This document shows positions 29,107 to 37,351 of a stretch of 64,000 bases of DNA, in pieces (the first letter of the stretch is position 1; each line of letters opens with the position of its first letter). Position numbers and translations under genes: made by a program. This DNA is from Candidatus Bathyarchaeia archaeon (lineage in GTDB: Archaea; Thermoproteota; Bathyarchaeia; 40CM-2-53-6). The stretch covers positions 177,452-241,451 of the forward strand of contig JBEKVV010000004.1 of NCBI GenBank assembly GCA_049513715.1. Direction: 5' to 3'. Under the pieces are notes generated by a model. That model made no database searches. It was not told the DNA's origin and worked only from the letters and a program-made list of their open reading frames with translations.

Positions 29107-31034
29107 TGCACCAGGCAAAGGATAACACCGAACTGCTCCTAGATCCACTCACCCGTCGTTCGAATAGCTACTACCTGTTAGTTTCCGTGCTCCTCGCCAT
29201 AGTCGGCTGGGGAGCCTACGCCTATGCTGTCCAAGTTACAAGCGGCATCGGCGTAGCGGGCATTAGGAGCGAAGTGATGTGGGCGATTTACATAACAAAC
29301 TTCGTTTTCTTCATAGGCATAAGTCACGTTGGCGCATTAATGTCCGCTATACTTCGACTGACGAGCGCCGATTGGAGAAAACCAATCACAAGGCTTGCTG
29401 AGGTTGTGACATTTGCGTCTCTGATCGTAGCTGTCACGTTTCCCATTATTCATTTAGGAAGACCCGATCGTTGGATTAACCTATTCATCTACCCGAAACT
29501 CCAGTCTCCGCTCGTGTGGGACCTACTTTGCATAGGAACTTACATGATAGGCAGCACCATTTTCCTTTACCTACCGTTGATACCTGATATCGCAACGTGC
29601 AGGGACAGACTGCCAAACGTCTCAAGATTCAGGCGACGAATCTACTCTGTCCTCTCACTTGGTTGGACAGGCTCAGAATCTGAAATGCAATCCTTGGAGA
29701 AAGCCATTGGGATCATGACGATCCTGATCATACCCATCGCGATTTCAGTTCATACGATCGTATCGTGGGATTTTGCGATGCAGCTTAGGACAGGATGGAA
29801 CAGCACGATATTCGGACCGTACTTCGTGGCTGGGGCACTCCTGTCCGGCGTCGCTACTGTACTTCTGGTAATGGCAGCGTTAACCAAATTCTACCATCTT
29901 AATGACTTCATTACGCGTAAGCATTTCGACAACATTGCAACACTCCTGCTTGCGCTTGACATCGTGATGGTATACCTCACGATTAACGAGTATATGGTTC
30001 CAGGGTACAAGGTATTAGGCCAAAATAACTTGGAAGGGCAATGGCTCAGCAGTCTTCTTTGGGGACTTTATTGGCCCAGATTCTGGTTCCAGATACTAGC
30101 CGGGTTGATCATGCCCGCCATCATTTTAGCAGTACCCAAAACTAGGACAATCACAGGTTACTTGGTAGCTGCGCTTCTTGTTGATATTGGGATGTGGGTA
30201 GAGCGATTTGACATAGTGGTCCCAACCCTGGCATTACCACAGTTACCCTACGCGTGGGGACAATATTCGCCTAGTTGGGTCGAGATCTCGATAACGGCAG
30301 CCGCATTCGCAGGCTTCGCACTTATCTATCTAGTTTTCACCAGAAACTTCCCCATAGTCTCAATGTGGGAGACTGCCGACCAGTCACCGCACGAGGAATT
30401 CTCCGCGAAAACCCTCCCTGAACCTACCAGAACTCTGATCGGGAGGAGCGATTCTGCTTTCGCCTCCCGCAGACGCTTCCTGAGCTATGGCGCCATGATG
30501 GTAGCAGGATTCGCGCTTGGCTCCCTTTCACCTAGCATTGCAACAGCTATGGTTCGCGGTGTGAAAAAGAGCTCATCTGATGTCATCGTACCGATTTCGA
30601 ACCTTGGCGAAAGTGTTTCGGTCAACGATGTCAGGTCGATGGCGAAGTTTCAGGTGGAGAAACCGGCGAGAATGCCGACGGGAAGCAGGCTCGACGACGT
30701 AAGAGTTGGAAATAACGGGGAACTAGTTACATTGCTTTACGTCAACCCAACCGTTCCAACGATCCCTACGTATTCCTCCGCCGTGGGCTTTGCAATCCTA
30801 GAGATGCTTGATCCTAAGCTGGATAGTCCACCAACGTATTTACCGAATGGGTTCAAGCGAGTCAAAGTCAACTTGAACAGTGGTTTCGCAAGGGAATCCA
30901 GTGACGCAGAATTCGACAACAGAGGCGAGCCTGGCCAGCTTCAATGGTGGCAGGGCGGAGTACACTTCGTGATGCTCGCGAACATTCCCATCGAACAACT
31001 CAGGCAGATAGCGGAATCGATGGAGCCAATCTAA
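29106..31034 (+). CDS. NrfD/PsrC-family (ActC-like) quinol-interacting membrane subunit with C-terminal extension
   Basis: ITNFVFFIGISH, HLGRP, SPLVWD, VHTIVSWDFA, PYFVAGA; extra ~200 aa tail. Confidence 0.88.
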   Translation: MHQAKDNTELLLDPLTRRSNSYYLLVSVLLAIVGWGAYAYAVQVTSGIGVAGIRSEVMWAIYITNFVFFIGISHVGALMSAILRLTSADWRKPITRLAEVVTFASLIVAVTFPIIHLGRPDRWINLFIYPKLQSPLVWDLLCIGTYMIGSTIFLYLPLIPDIATCRDRLPNVSRFRRRIYSVLSLGWTGSESEMQSLEKAIGIMTILIIPIAISVHTIVSWDFAMQLRTGWNSTIFGPYFVAGALLSGVATVLLVMAALTKFYHLNDFITRKHFDNIATLLLALDIVMVYLTINEYMVPGYKVLGQNNLEGQWLSSLLWGLYWPRFWFQILAGLIMPAIILAVPKTRTITGYLVAALLVDIGMWVERFDIVVPTLALPQLPYAWGQYSPSWVEISITAAAFAGFALIYLVFTRNFPIVSMWETADQSPHEEFSAKTLPEPTRTLIGRSDSAFASRRRFLSYGAMMVAGFALGSLSPSIATAMVRGVKKSSSDVIVPISNLGESVSVNDVRSMAKFQVEKPARMPTGSRLDDVRVGNNGELVTLLYVNPTVPTIPTYSSAVGFAILEMLDPKLDSPPTYLPNGFKRVKVNLNSGFARESSDAEFDNRGEPGQLQWWQGGVHFVMLANIPIEQLRQIAESMEPI

Positions 31035-31036
31035 CA

Positions 31037-32035
31037 ATGATCAGAAACATCGCCCGCGTACTTGTTCTGCTTCTGCTCGCAATAATGGCAATGGGGTTTT
31101 CCACACTTTCGGGTTACGCCACCGGAATCGCCTCCCATTCAGGATCAATGACCATAATCACCGGTCAAACGACCGGAGAAGTTCCCGGGTTCAAAATATT
31201 CACCGTGATCGTTAGTAGCCGCGGATTCAACGGTTCATCCAACACGCTCAACCTCCCTGTTTCCCAGGGAGACCAGGTCAGCATAACATTCGTGTACGAC
31301 GACCCGACAGTCAATACCGCTCACGAGATGGCAATCGTAGGTTACAACATTCGGACCGCTATAATCGACCAGGCCAACCCGATTAGCAAAATTCAGTTCG
31401 TAGCCGGACAGGTAGGAAGTTTCCAGATCCAATGCATTATTCCATGCGTGGGAATGGACAACCTTCAAAACGCATGGCTACTCGTCAAACGATCAACCGG
31501 GACGTCAATAGGAACGACTTTAACGTTACGAAATGGGCTCTCACTGGCTCTCAATGGCTCTCTACTCAACATCAAAGCACGTGTGACTGACAGAGCAGGA
31601 AACCCGATAACCGGCCTTATCGTCAGCTTCTATGTTAGCACCGACTTCGGTATGATGAAAATCGGCGACAACGTAACTGACACAAGTGGTTTGGCTCACT
31701 TTGCTTACCCGTTACCCTCAGTTCGCAATATGACGGTTGCAGCGTACTTCCCCGGAAGCGGCATCTACCAGAGCGGAAATGCAACCGCTTCCTTAATCCC
31801 ACCATCGAACTCAGGCACAGGTCTCGTTTCCATTGGCGGTGACACTAACCATCCCCCCGGCGGGGAAGGCGCCTTTTTCGATCCCCGACTGATCGGTGTC
31901 CCCACCGATGTTAGTGTGGTTTTGGCTGCGCTCGTGTTGGTTGTCATCATCTGCGTTTGGTCAACATTCGCATACGTGATAAGTCTGGTCTTGAAAATAA
32001 AGAGACAAAACTCGAGGAAGATTGGAGGCAGCTAG
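31037..32035 (+). CDS. Surface protein: cupredoxin domain, Ig-like domain and C-terminal TM
   Basis: Probable ATG at 31037; AHEM...GSFQIQCIIPCVGMDNL; TDTSGLA Ig-like segment; TM followed by KIKRQ. Confidence 0.7.
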   Translation: MIRNIARVLVLLLLAIMAMGFSTLSGYATGIASHSGSMTIITGQTTGEVPGFKIFTVIVSSRGFNGSSNTLNLPVSQGDQVSITFVYDDPTVNTAHEMAIVGYNIRTAIIDQANPISKIQFVAGQVGSFQIQCIIPCVGMDNLQNAWLLVKRSTGTSIGTTLTLRNGLSLALNGSLLNIKARVTDRAGNPITGLIVSFYVSTDFGMMKIGDNVTDTSGLAHFAYPLPSVRNMTVAAYFPGSGIYQSGNATASLIPPSNSGTGLVSIGGDTNHPPGGEGAFFDPRLIGVPTDVSVVLAALVLVVIICVWSTFAYVISLVLKIKRQNSRKIGGS

Positions 32036-32039
32036 TGAC

Positions 32040-32582
32040 ATGAAGTCGAACATTCTGTCCGACAAGAATAGGAAGTATATTGTACTCGCACCAATCGTCG
32101 TTCTAGCCCTAATGATGCTCTTTACTCAAGGGTTCTTCCTGAGCCCCTGGCTCAATGAGCGGAAGATGTCCAATGAGGCCGATTTCTGCCCGCAGACCTT
32201 ATGCTTAGTCAACTACAACTACAACAGGGATCTCATCCAAATCTCCGTAACACTGTACAACGCCGGCACCGAGCCTCTGACGATAATGGATGTATTCTAT
32301 GACGGAAACAGGCTTACGGAAGGTTTTGTGGGAGCGCCTAATGACCCTACGATCATGCCTCTCCCGGGGCCTTCCATGAATTCTAACGACATCATTTTTC
32401 CAGCGGCTAGCCAGTGGAACATGAACACAGAAGGCCCCACGACTCCAACTATATTGCCCGGAGGCATCGCAACTCTATACCTCGGCGTTGCCACCTTCAA
32501 CACGGGGTCGCCACATATCCTGAAGATCGTTGTACAAGGTGGAAGCTATGCGTTCATCATCGAGTCCAAGCCATTGGGCTGA
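32040..32582 (+). CDS. Membrane-anchored hypothetical protein
   Basis: N-terminal TM; YNAGTEPLTI..TILPGG beta-rich domain; last gene of the operon. Confidence 0.65.
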   Translation: MKSNILSDKNRKYIVLAPIVVLALMMLFTQGFFLSPWLNERKMSNEADFCPQTLCLVNYNYNRDLIQISVTLYNAGTEPLTIMDVFYDGNRLTEGFVGAPNDPTIMPLPGPSMNSNDIIFPAASQWNMNTEGPTTPTILPGGIATLYLGVATFNTGSPHILKIVVQGGSYAFIIESKPLG

Positions 32583-32768
32583 AGTTGGGCTAGTTCCGAG
32601 TGCTTAGGTGCAGATTCTGCATTCCACAGGCTGACTTTCTAAAGCAAGCGTTATTCACAACAGTTGTCGAAGTATGAACCAACCCGTGTTTCGCTACTGA
32701 ATCAGTTGCAGAAATTCCACTTCTTTTGAATGTAAGTTATGAAGTGACCTTCAGGAAATCGGTCGACA

Positions 32769-33122
32769 CTAGCCTCCCGCAACGATCGGTATGAAATTAA
32801 CCACGTCTCCGTCGTTCAAGGTAGAATCCAGCCCTGTGGCAGGAGCATTGTTTACGAGTATTAGCATCGTGGTCATCATCTGTGGCGATAGGGACGAGTG
32901 CCTCTGCACGATGGTATTCAACAGGTTACGAAGTGAAGCATGGTCCGGCAGGTCATAGTACTCATCGCTTATGTTAACAAACTGCTGCATCTGGAAGTAG
33001 ATGACTTTGACGGTGACGAGTGCAGGCCGTTGAAGAAAACTAATCAAGTTAACCGTAGTAAGAGCGGCTCCTCCCGCGATTACCGAACCAATTACCCATC
33101 GCAGGAAACTTCGTCTCTCCAA
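32769..33122 (-). CDS. MoaD/ThiS/SAMP ubiquitin-like protein with twin-arginine leader
   Basis: Probable TTG start at 33122: ERRSFLRW plus hydrophobic helix; ILVN..LNDGDVVNFIPIVAGG C-terminus. Confidence 0.8.
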   Translation of the reverse strand: MERRSFLRWVIGSVIAGGAALTTVNLISFLQRPALVTVKVIYFQMQQFVNISDEYYDLPDHASLRNLLNTIVQRHSSLSPQMMTTMLILVNNAPATGLDSTLNDGDVVNFIPIVAGG

Positions 33123-33280
33123 TTGCCAACCCCAGCTTTCGTCAGCGAGGCAACGCGCTCCGCCGAACCATATTAGCCTATTGAATGGGTTAATAGTCAA
33201 CCTACATAATGCAGGATGACATATAGGCGAATACGAAGACCGATGTAACCTAATTCCAAGTTTGGAAATCAGCGATTACG

Positions 33281-33643
33281 ATGCAAATCAACGAAGACGA
33301 TCGAAAGAAGGCTGTAATCCGAGCCTTGCTAGATGATCACTCAAGATTAATACTTACTTCGACGATGCTTGTTCCCAAATCAGTGATCGACATCACGCGC
33401 GAGCATGAAATTCCGATAACGTCGGCTTATAGGAAAGTCAAGGAGCTGAAAGAATTCGGGTTGTTGAAAGTTGACCGCATCGTACTGACCCCGGATGGCA
33501 AGAAATTCGAGATGGTGAGGAGCACGATAAGGTCAGCCAGCGTTCAATTTGATAAGGGAACGTTAAGTGTAGATGTAACAGCTGGCATTGAGGCAGACGA
33601 GAAGCTGGTAAAACGATTCTTTGCGCTCAGAGAGGTGAGATAA
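33281..33643 (+). CDS. Winged-helix transcriptional regulator (archaeal ArsR-like)
   Basis: PKSVIDI..IPITSAYRKVKELKEFGLL..DGKK. Confidence 0.8.
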   Translation: MQINEDDRKKAVIRALLDDHSRLILTSTMLVPKSVIDITREHEIPITSAYRKVKELKEFGLLKVDRIVLTPDGKKFEMVRSTIRSASVQFDKGTLSVDVTAGIEADEKLVKRFFALREVR

Positions 33644-33918
33644 TGCAGGACATTTACGTGCTGCGCGCCCTCAAACTCGTCATAGTTATCCTCGGATCAA
33701 TTTTGGTGTATCTGGGTGTCAAGGGTTATCGTAAGAACCGGGGTAAGGACATGGTATTCTTGACGGTTGGATTCGCGCTCATCACCGCGGGGTCAGTCGC
33801 TGCTGGTGTGCTGTTCGAATTTCTGGGGTTCCAGTTAATCGACGTTGAGATCGTCGAATCAACGATGGTAATTCTTGGGTTTGCTTCTTTGATCTATTCG
33901 ATTTTTGGGTTTGACTAA
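33643..33918 (+). CDS. Small three-TM membrane protein
   Basis: Translationally coupled to the HTH gene; hydrophobic. Confidence 0.7.
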   Translation: MQDIYVLRALKLVIVILGSILVYLGVKGYRKNRGKDMVFLTVGFALITAGSVAAGVLFEFLGFQLIDVEIVESTMVILGFASLIYSIFGFD

Positions 33919-33920
33919 AC

Positions 33921-34187
33921 TTGCCTGACTTTTTCGAACTCACAAGCTTTCTTCTAATGTTTTACGCAGCCGGGATTTCATTCTACATTGCGAAGCGGGC
34001 TGTTATTGTGGGACGCCGGTACCTGTTCCTGTCTCTTTTGCTCGCTTTTATGGTTCTGTCCCATGGCATCCACCACCTATTCACTTTTCTTCAGTACGTA
34101 GACTTGGAACAGGTTTTCGAATTCGCCGCTTCCGTGTTTGCGTTGGCCTTGGCGCTTGATTACGTGTATGTTTCGAGGCGACCATGA
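33921..34187 (+). CDS. Small three-TM membrane protein with His cluster
   Basis: SHGIHHLF within a TM segment. Confidence 0.65.
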   Translation: MPDFFELTSFLLMFYAAGISFYIAKRAVIVGRRYLFLSLLLAFMVLSHGIHHLFTFLQYVDLEQVFEFAASVFALALALDYVYVSRRP

Positions 34188-34191
34188 AACC

Positions 34192-34470
34192 ATGGAGCAG
34201 TTAATCGTTAGTGCAACATTGGTACTGCTCATAACGGCTGCTCTGATTTTCGCGTTTCAAACGTTCCGTCAGGCCAAGAGAAGTTCGCATAAAGACGCAA
34301 GCTTCCCTACTGTACTTCTGCTTGCCCTGGTGGGTTGGATTGCTACTGAAGCAGTAAGTGATTCAGTCGGGGCCTCCTTAGGAGATGTCGGAAGATGGAC
34401 GCACATGTCGGTAATGATTCTTTTTGCTGGAGCTGTGACATTTCAACTGAAACGCGCTCGAGAAGCATGA
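34192..34470 (+). CDS. Small three-TM membrane protein
   Basis: ATG at 34192 just after the previous stop. Confidence 0.6.
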   Translation: MEQLIVSATLVLLITAALIFAFQTFRQAKRSSHKDASFPTVLLLALVGWIATEAVSDSVGASLGDVGRWTHMSVMILFAGAVTFQLKRAREA

Positions 34471-34499
34471 ACAGCCATGCGGACGGTTAATGCCGCGGC

Positions 34500-34838
34500 T
34501 CATCTGCGGCCTGACAGCGTTTTCTTTGCCTGCTCTATGTAGTCTTCGAGCGCATAGTTGGGCGTCTGAACGAACGTCAAATTCAGCCTACCGTAGAGCT
34601 TTCTCGCCACGTCGTCTCCGATTGTTTTTGCTCCAATCACATCGAATTTGGTCTCAAGAACCTGATAGAGCACACTAAGTCGGTAGGGAATCTCGTCTGG
34701 ACCTATGTCGTAATGATCTTTCAAATGCGCGTACAGAGTTTCCAAATTACGACGCCCCAACAGTTCTGAAAGGAGATCATCTATTGACTTCAGGACCTTT
34801 TGGTTGAAGTCCCTCTGAGAACTGAATGGTATTGACAA
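34500..34838 (-). CDS. Hypothetical helical protein (archaeal DUF3227-like)
   Basis: IDDLLSELLG..LYAHL..EIP..LETKF..GAKTI pattern. Confidence 0.55.
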   Translation of the reverse strand: MSIPFSSQRDFNQKVLKSIDDLLSELLGRRNLETLYAHLKDHYDIGPDEIPYRLSVLYQVLETKFDVIGAKTIGDDVARKLYGRLNLTFVQTPNYALEDYIEQAKKTLSGRR

Positions 34839-34950
34839 GATTTGAAGTTCGAAGATTCCTTCTCAATAATAAACGGGTACTCCCTAGAATGTCGCAGATA
34901 ACGAAACTTCAGGTTAATTACCCAGAGAATCGTTTGGCGGATTACGTTAG

Positions 34951-35661
34951 TTACTCACGGAATGCCTCGACGCTCTCCTTTCCGACAAACGCTAGAATTA
35001 TAGCTGTAGCCAAATAATCGACCCAGCCTAGTTTGAAGAAATAGTTAACGAGCAAGCCTCCAAGCAAGGCAAGAGCCATGAGGAAGCAGGTGGCGGATTC
35101 TATGGCATCGATAGAAAGAGGTACGCAGTTTGTCTCCCTTCCTATCTTTCTCTTCTCAATCCATAGGATAGGCATGATTAACACCGCACCTATGGCCACC
35201 GCTATACCGAGAGGAGAGGATTCAGGTCGTATGCCCGCGAAGTACGAATAAGCAGCACCCAAGCTGATTACTGGAATCAATGCAACGAGAAGCAGTTTCG
35301 TAAGTTTCTCGGCTCTTTCACCTCGCTCGCTCGAACCCCCAGAATTACCTTTCAGATGACTTAGAACTATGAACCCAGAAATCAATTCGACAAGGCTATC
35401 GCTTCCAAATGCGATCAGAGCCAAACTACTCAAAAACAACCCGACACCAATTGAACCGATAACCTCAACAGCCATCCACCCCAAACTAAAATATTCCACC
35501 ACAATCCCAAGATGAATCCTTCCAAGCCTCCAAGAGATGTGAGTCGGCGAACAGCAACAAGAGACACAGCTTGCACATTCGCTAGGGTTCAGGCAATTCT
35601 CGCATGACTCAGCCTCACACTCACAAATCGTGCAGGTGGAGCCATCTTGCATGGGGGCCAT
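34951..35661 (-). CDS. CDF-like (TMEM163-type) cation transporter with Cys-rich N-terminus
   Basis: ALIAFGSDSLVE, LSIDAIES; 10 Cys in the first 37 aa. Confidence 0.8.
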   Translation of the reverse strand: MAPMQDGSTCTICECEAESCENCLNPSECASCVSCCCSPTHISWRLGRIHLGIVVEYFSLGWMAVEVIGSIGVGLFLSSLALIAFGSDSLVELISGFIVLSHLKGNSGGSSERGERAEKLTKLLLVALIPVISLGAAYSYFAGIRPESSPLGIAVAIGAVLIMPILWIEKRKIGRETNCVPLSIDAIESATCFLMALALLGGLLVNYFFKLGWVDYLATAIILAFVGKESVEAFRE

Positions 35662-35703
35662 TTTCTAGAATGCCTCGGCTCCCTCTCTTCCTCAATGGAT
35701 CGT

Positions 35704-36543
35704 TTAAGCGCCCCCAAGTGTCACTATGAGATCTGTTAGAAATCCTGCGCACAATCCGACGAAGATTCCAAGCATAAGAAGGTCGTTTGCTGCCTGTCTC
35801 CTTGCCACATTGTACATCAGCAGGGAAACGTAAATCAGCGAACCGCCCGCAATTGACAGGAACAGTATGTATGCCTGAGTGGAAATCCACAGGCTGCCGA
35901 CAACCGTTCCGATGAATGTTGGGCCTCCGCCAATAAGTCCCGCCTTCAACAGGAAACTTATGCTTGGCCTTTCCGCAAGTCCTGTTAGAGGTCCCGCTAT
36001 CCCAAACCCCTCTGTGGTATTGTGGGCTCCGAAACCAATGATCAGGAGTACTGCCAGACCCATTGCTCCAGAGGCGTATGACTGGCCTATGGCAAGCCCC
36101 TCACTGAAGTTGTGAGCCCCGATTCCTATGGCAATCATCATTGCAAACCTGTATGCGTTTCTTCGTTCCAGTATTAGCGACTCCGATGGACTACCGGCAG
36201 CTTTCGGTGAAACGGGCAATCTTTCCTTCATCATGTACCGGGTTTCATACCACACCAACCCCAAGAGTCCAATTGCAAGCCCACCAAACACAGCCAGGAG
36301 GTCCAAAACAGCATCGCTTGGCGGTAACTGCCCCGCAAAAGCTCCAGCAGCAACGTTAGCCGCTGATTCCCAACCATGACTGAAAACATCGATGATGAGG
36401 AAGATCAGAATACCTATCGCAAGTGCGTTGAGAAACCCCTTCTTTCTCAAACTGATGTTCTGGAGAACTACAAGAGGTAAACCAAGAAATATCGTAAAGC
36501 CAGCGATAGCTCCGAGTAACAGCAAATCTGTGTAGTTCATCAA
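35704..36543 (-). CDS. ZIP-family divalent metal transporter
   Basis: GIGAHNFSEGLAIG, GFGAHNTTEGFGI. Confidence 0.92.
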   Translation of the reverse strand: MMNYTDLLLLGAIAGFTIFLGLPLVVLQNISLRKKGFLNALAIGILIFLIIDVFSHGWESAANVAAGAFAGQLPPSDAVLDLLAVFGGLAIGLLGLVWYETRYMMKERLPVSPKAAGSPSESLILERRNAYRFAMMIAIGIGAHNFSEGLAIGQSYASGAMGLAVLLIIGFGAHNTTEGFGIAGPLTGLAERPSISFLLKAGLIGGGPTFIGTVVGSLWISTQAYILFLSIAGGSLIYVSLLMYNVARRQAANDLLMLGIFVGLCAGFLTDLIVTLGGA

Positions 36544-36691
36544 CTTCTCTTTTCAACGAATCCGCATATGACATAAGCCATATTTAGGAGCGTGGGGGGG
36601 ATGAAATCACGGGACCTGCCGAACTCTCGTTGCCGATAAAACTGACATTTTCTATCACTGCCAGCCACTTGTTTTCTACCTCAACTGTGAT

Positions 36692-36773
36692 AACCGTAGA
36701 CCTACAGAACCAACTAGACGGTTCTGTCAAGTGTTAGTTTGGTAGCATAGGGTTTGGGGAGAAGCTGTCAAGG
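36692..36773. mobile_element. Back-to-back IS6-type ends separated by an 8-bp spacer AACTAGAC
   Basis: ...AACCGTAGACCTACAGAACC (ends 36711), AACTAGAC (36712-36719), GGTTCTGTCAAGT (starts 36720, identical to the unit 1 left end). Confidence 0.7.
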
Positions 36774-36797
36774 ATCGTGTGGTCAAGCTCCCACCTA

Positions 36798-37028
36798 TCA
36801 AGTGTCGAAGAGATGTAAGATAGGGAACACTGGACGCCAGTGTTTAGTAACTTTCTTCGTTTTCTTGTCGCTCTCTAATTTGTTGTAGCAGTCTCCGCAG
36901 TAGCCAGAGTATTCGGCTGGGTTCTTATGGCACATTTTGCAGAGAGAAAGCTCTCGTTCCCGCCTAAGTTCTTCTATAAACGCTTGTCCTAAGTTGATGT
37001 TCCACTGCGTTTGAGGATTGCCACTCAA
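36798..37028 (-). CDS. Small hypothetical Zn-finger protein
   Basis: CKMC..YCGDC; lies just inside an IS6-type end. Confidence 0.5.
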   Translation of the reverse strand: MSGNPQTQWNINLGQAFIEELRRERELSLCKMCHKNPAEYSGYCGDCYNKLESDKKTKKVTKHWRPVFPILHLFDT

Positions 37029-37351
37029 TCTGAGTACTAGCTACTTGTTCTTTGTGAGATGTTGTTGTATTAGGGTTGTTTGTCTGTGCCTCTTTTGGTG
37101 TGGTTGCGAGCGCTTGACCCCTGGGCTAAGGGATGCTGGAATCATACAGTCGAGAGCAGAACTTCGAGTATGGCAAATGCTCCTTCAAAGACCGGGGGGT
37201 CGGTATTTCTCCCCATGTTTTCCAGTTTGTTCCCTGCTTTTTGTGCTATCGTTGGCTAGTGAATCTCACGTTTGGGCATAGTATTTTCAGTATTTACAAT
37301 GCTTTCCCAATTCTTGAATGACCAATTCGCAACCAGTTCCACCGTGGAACA

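Noticed and set aside
34052..34060. GGTTCTGTC as an IS6 left end
   Set aside because: Inside a coding region, diverges after 9 bp and has no AACTNNAC flank.
37018..37321. ORFs between the 36.7 kb IS end and the acyl-CoA dehydrogenase gene
   Set aside because: No motifs and several frames interrupted; probably decayed passenger DNA.
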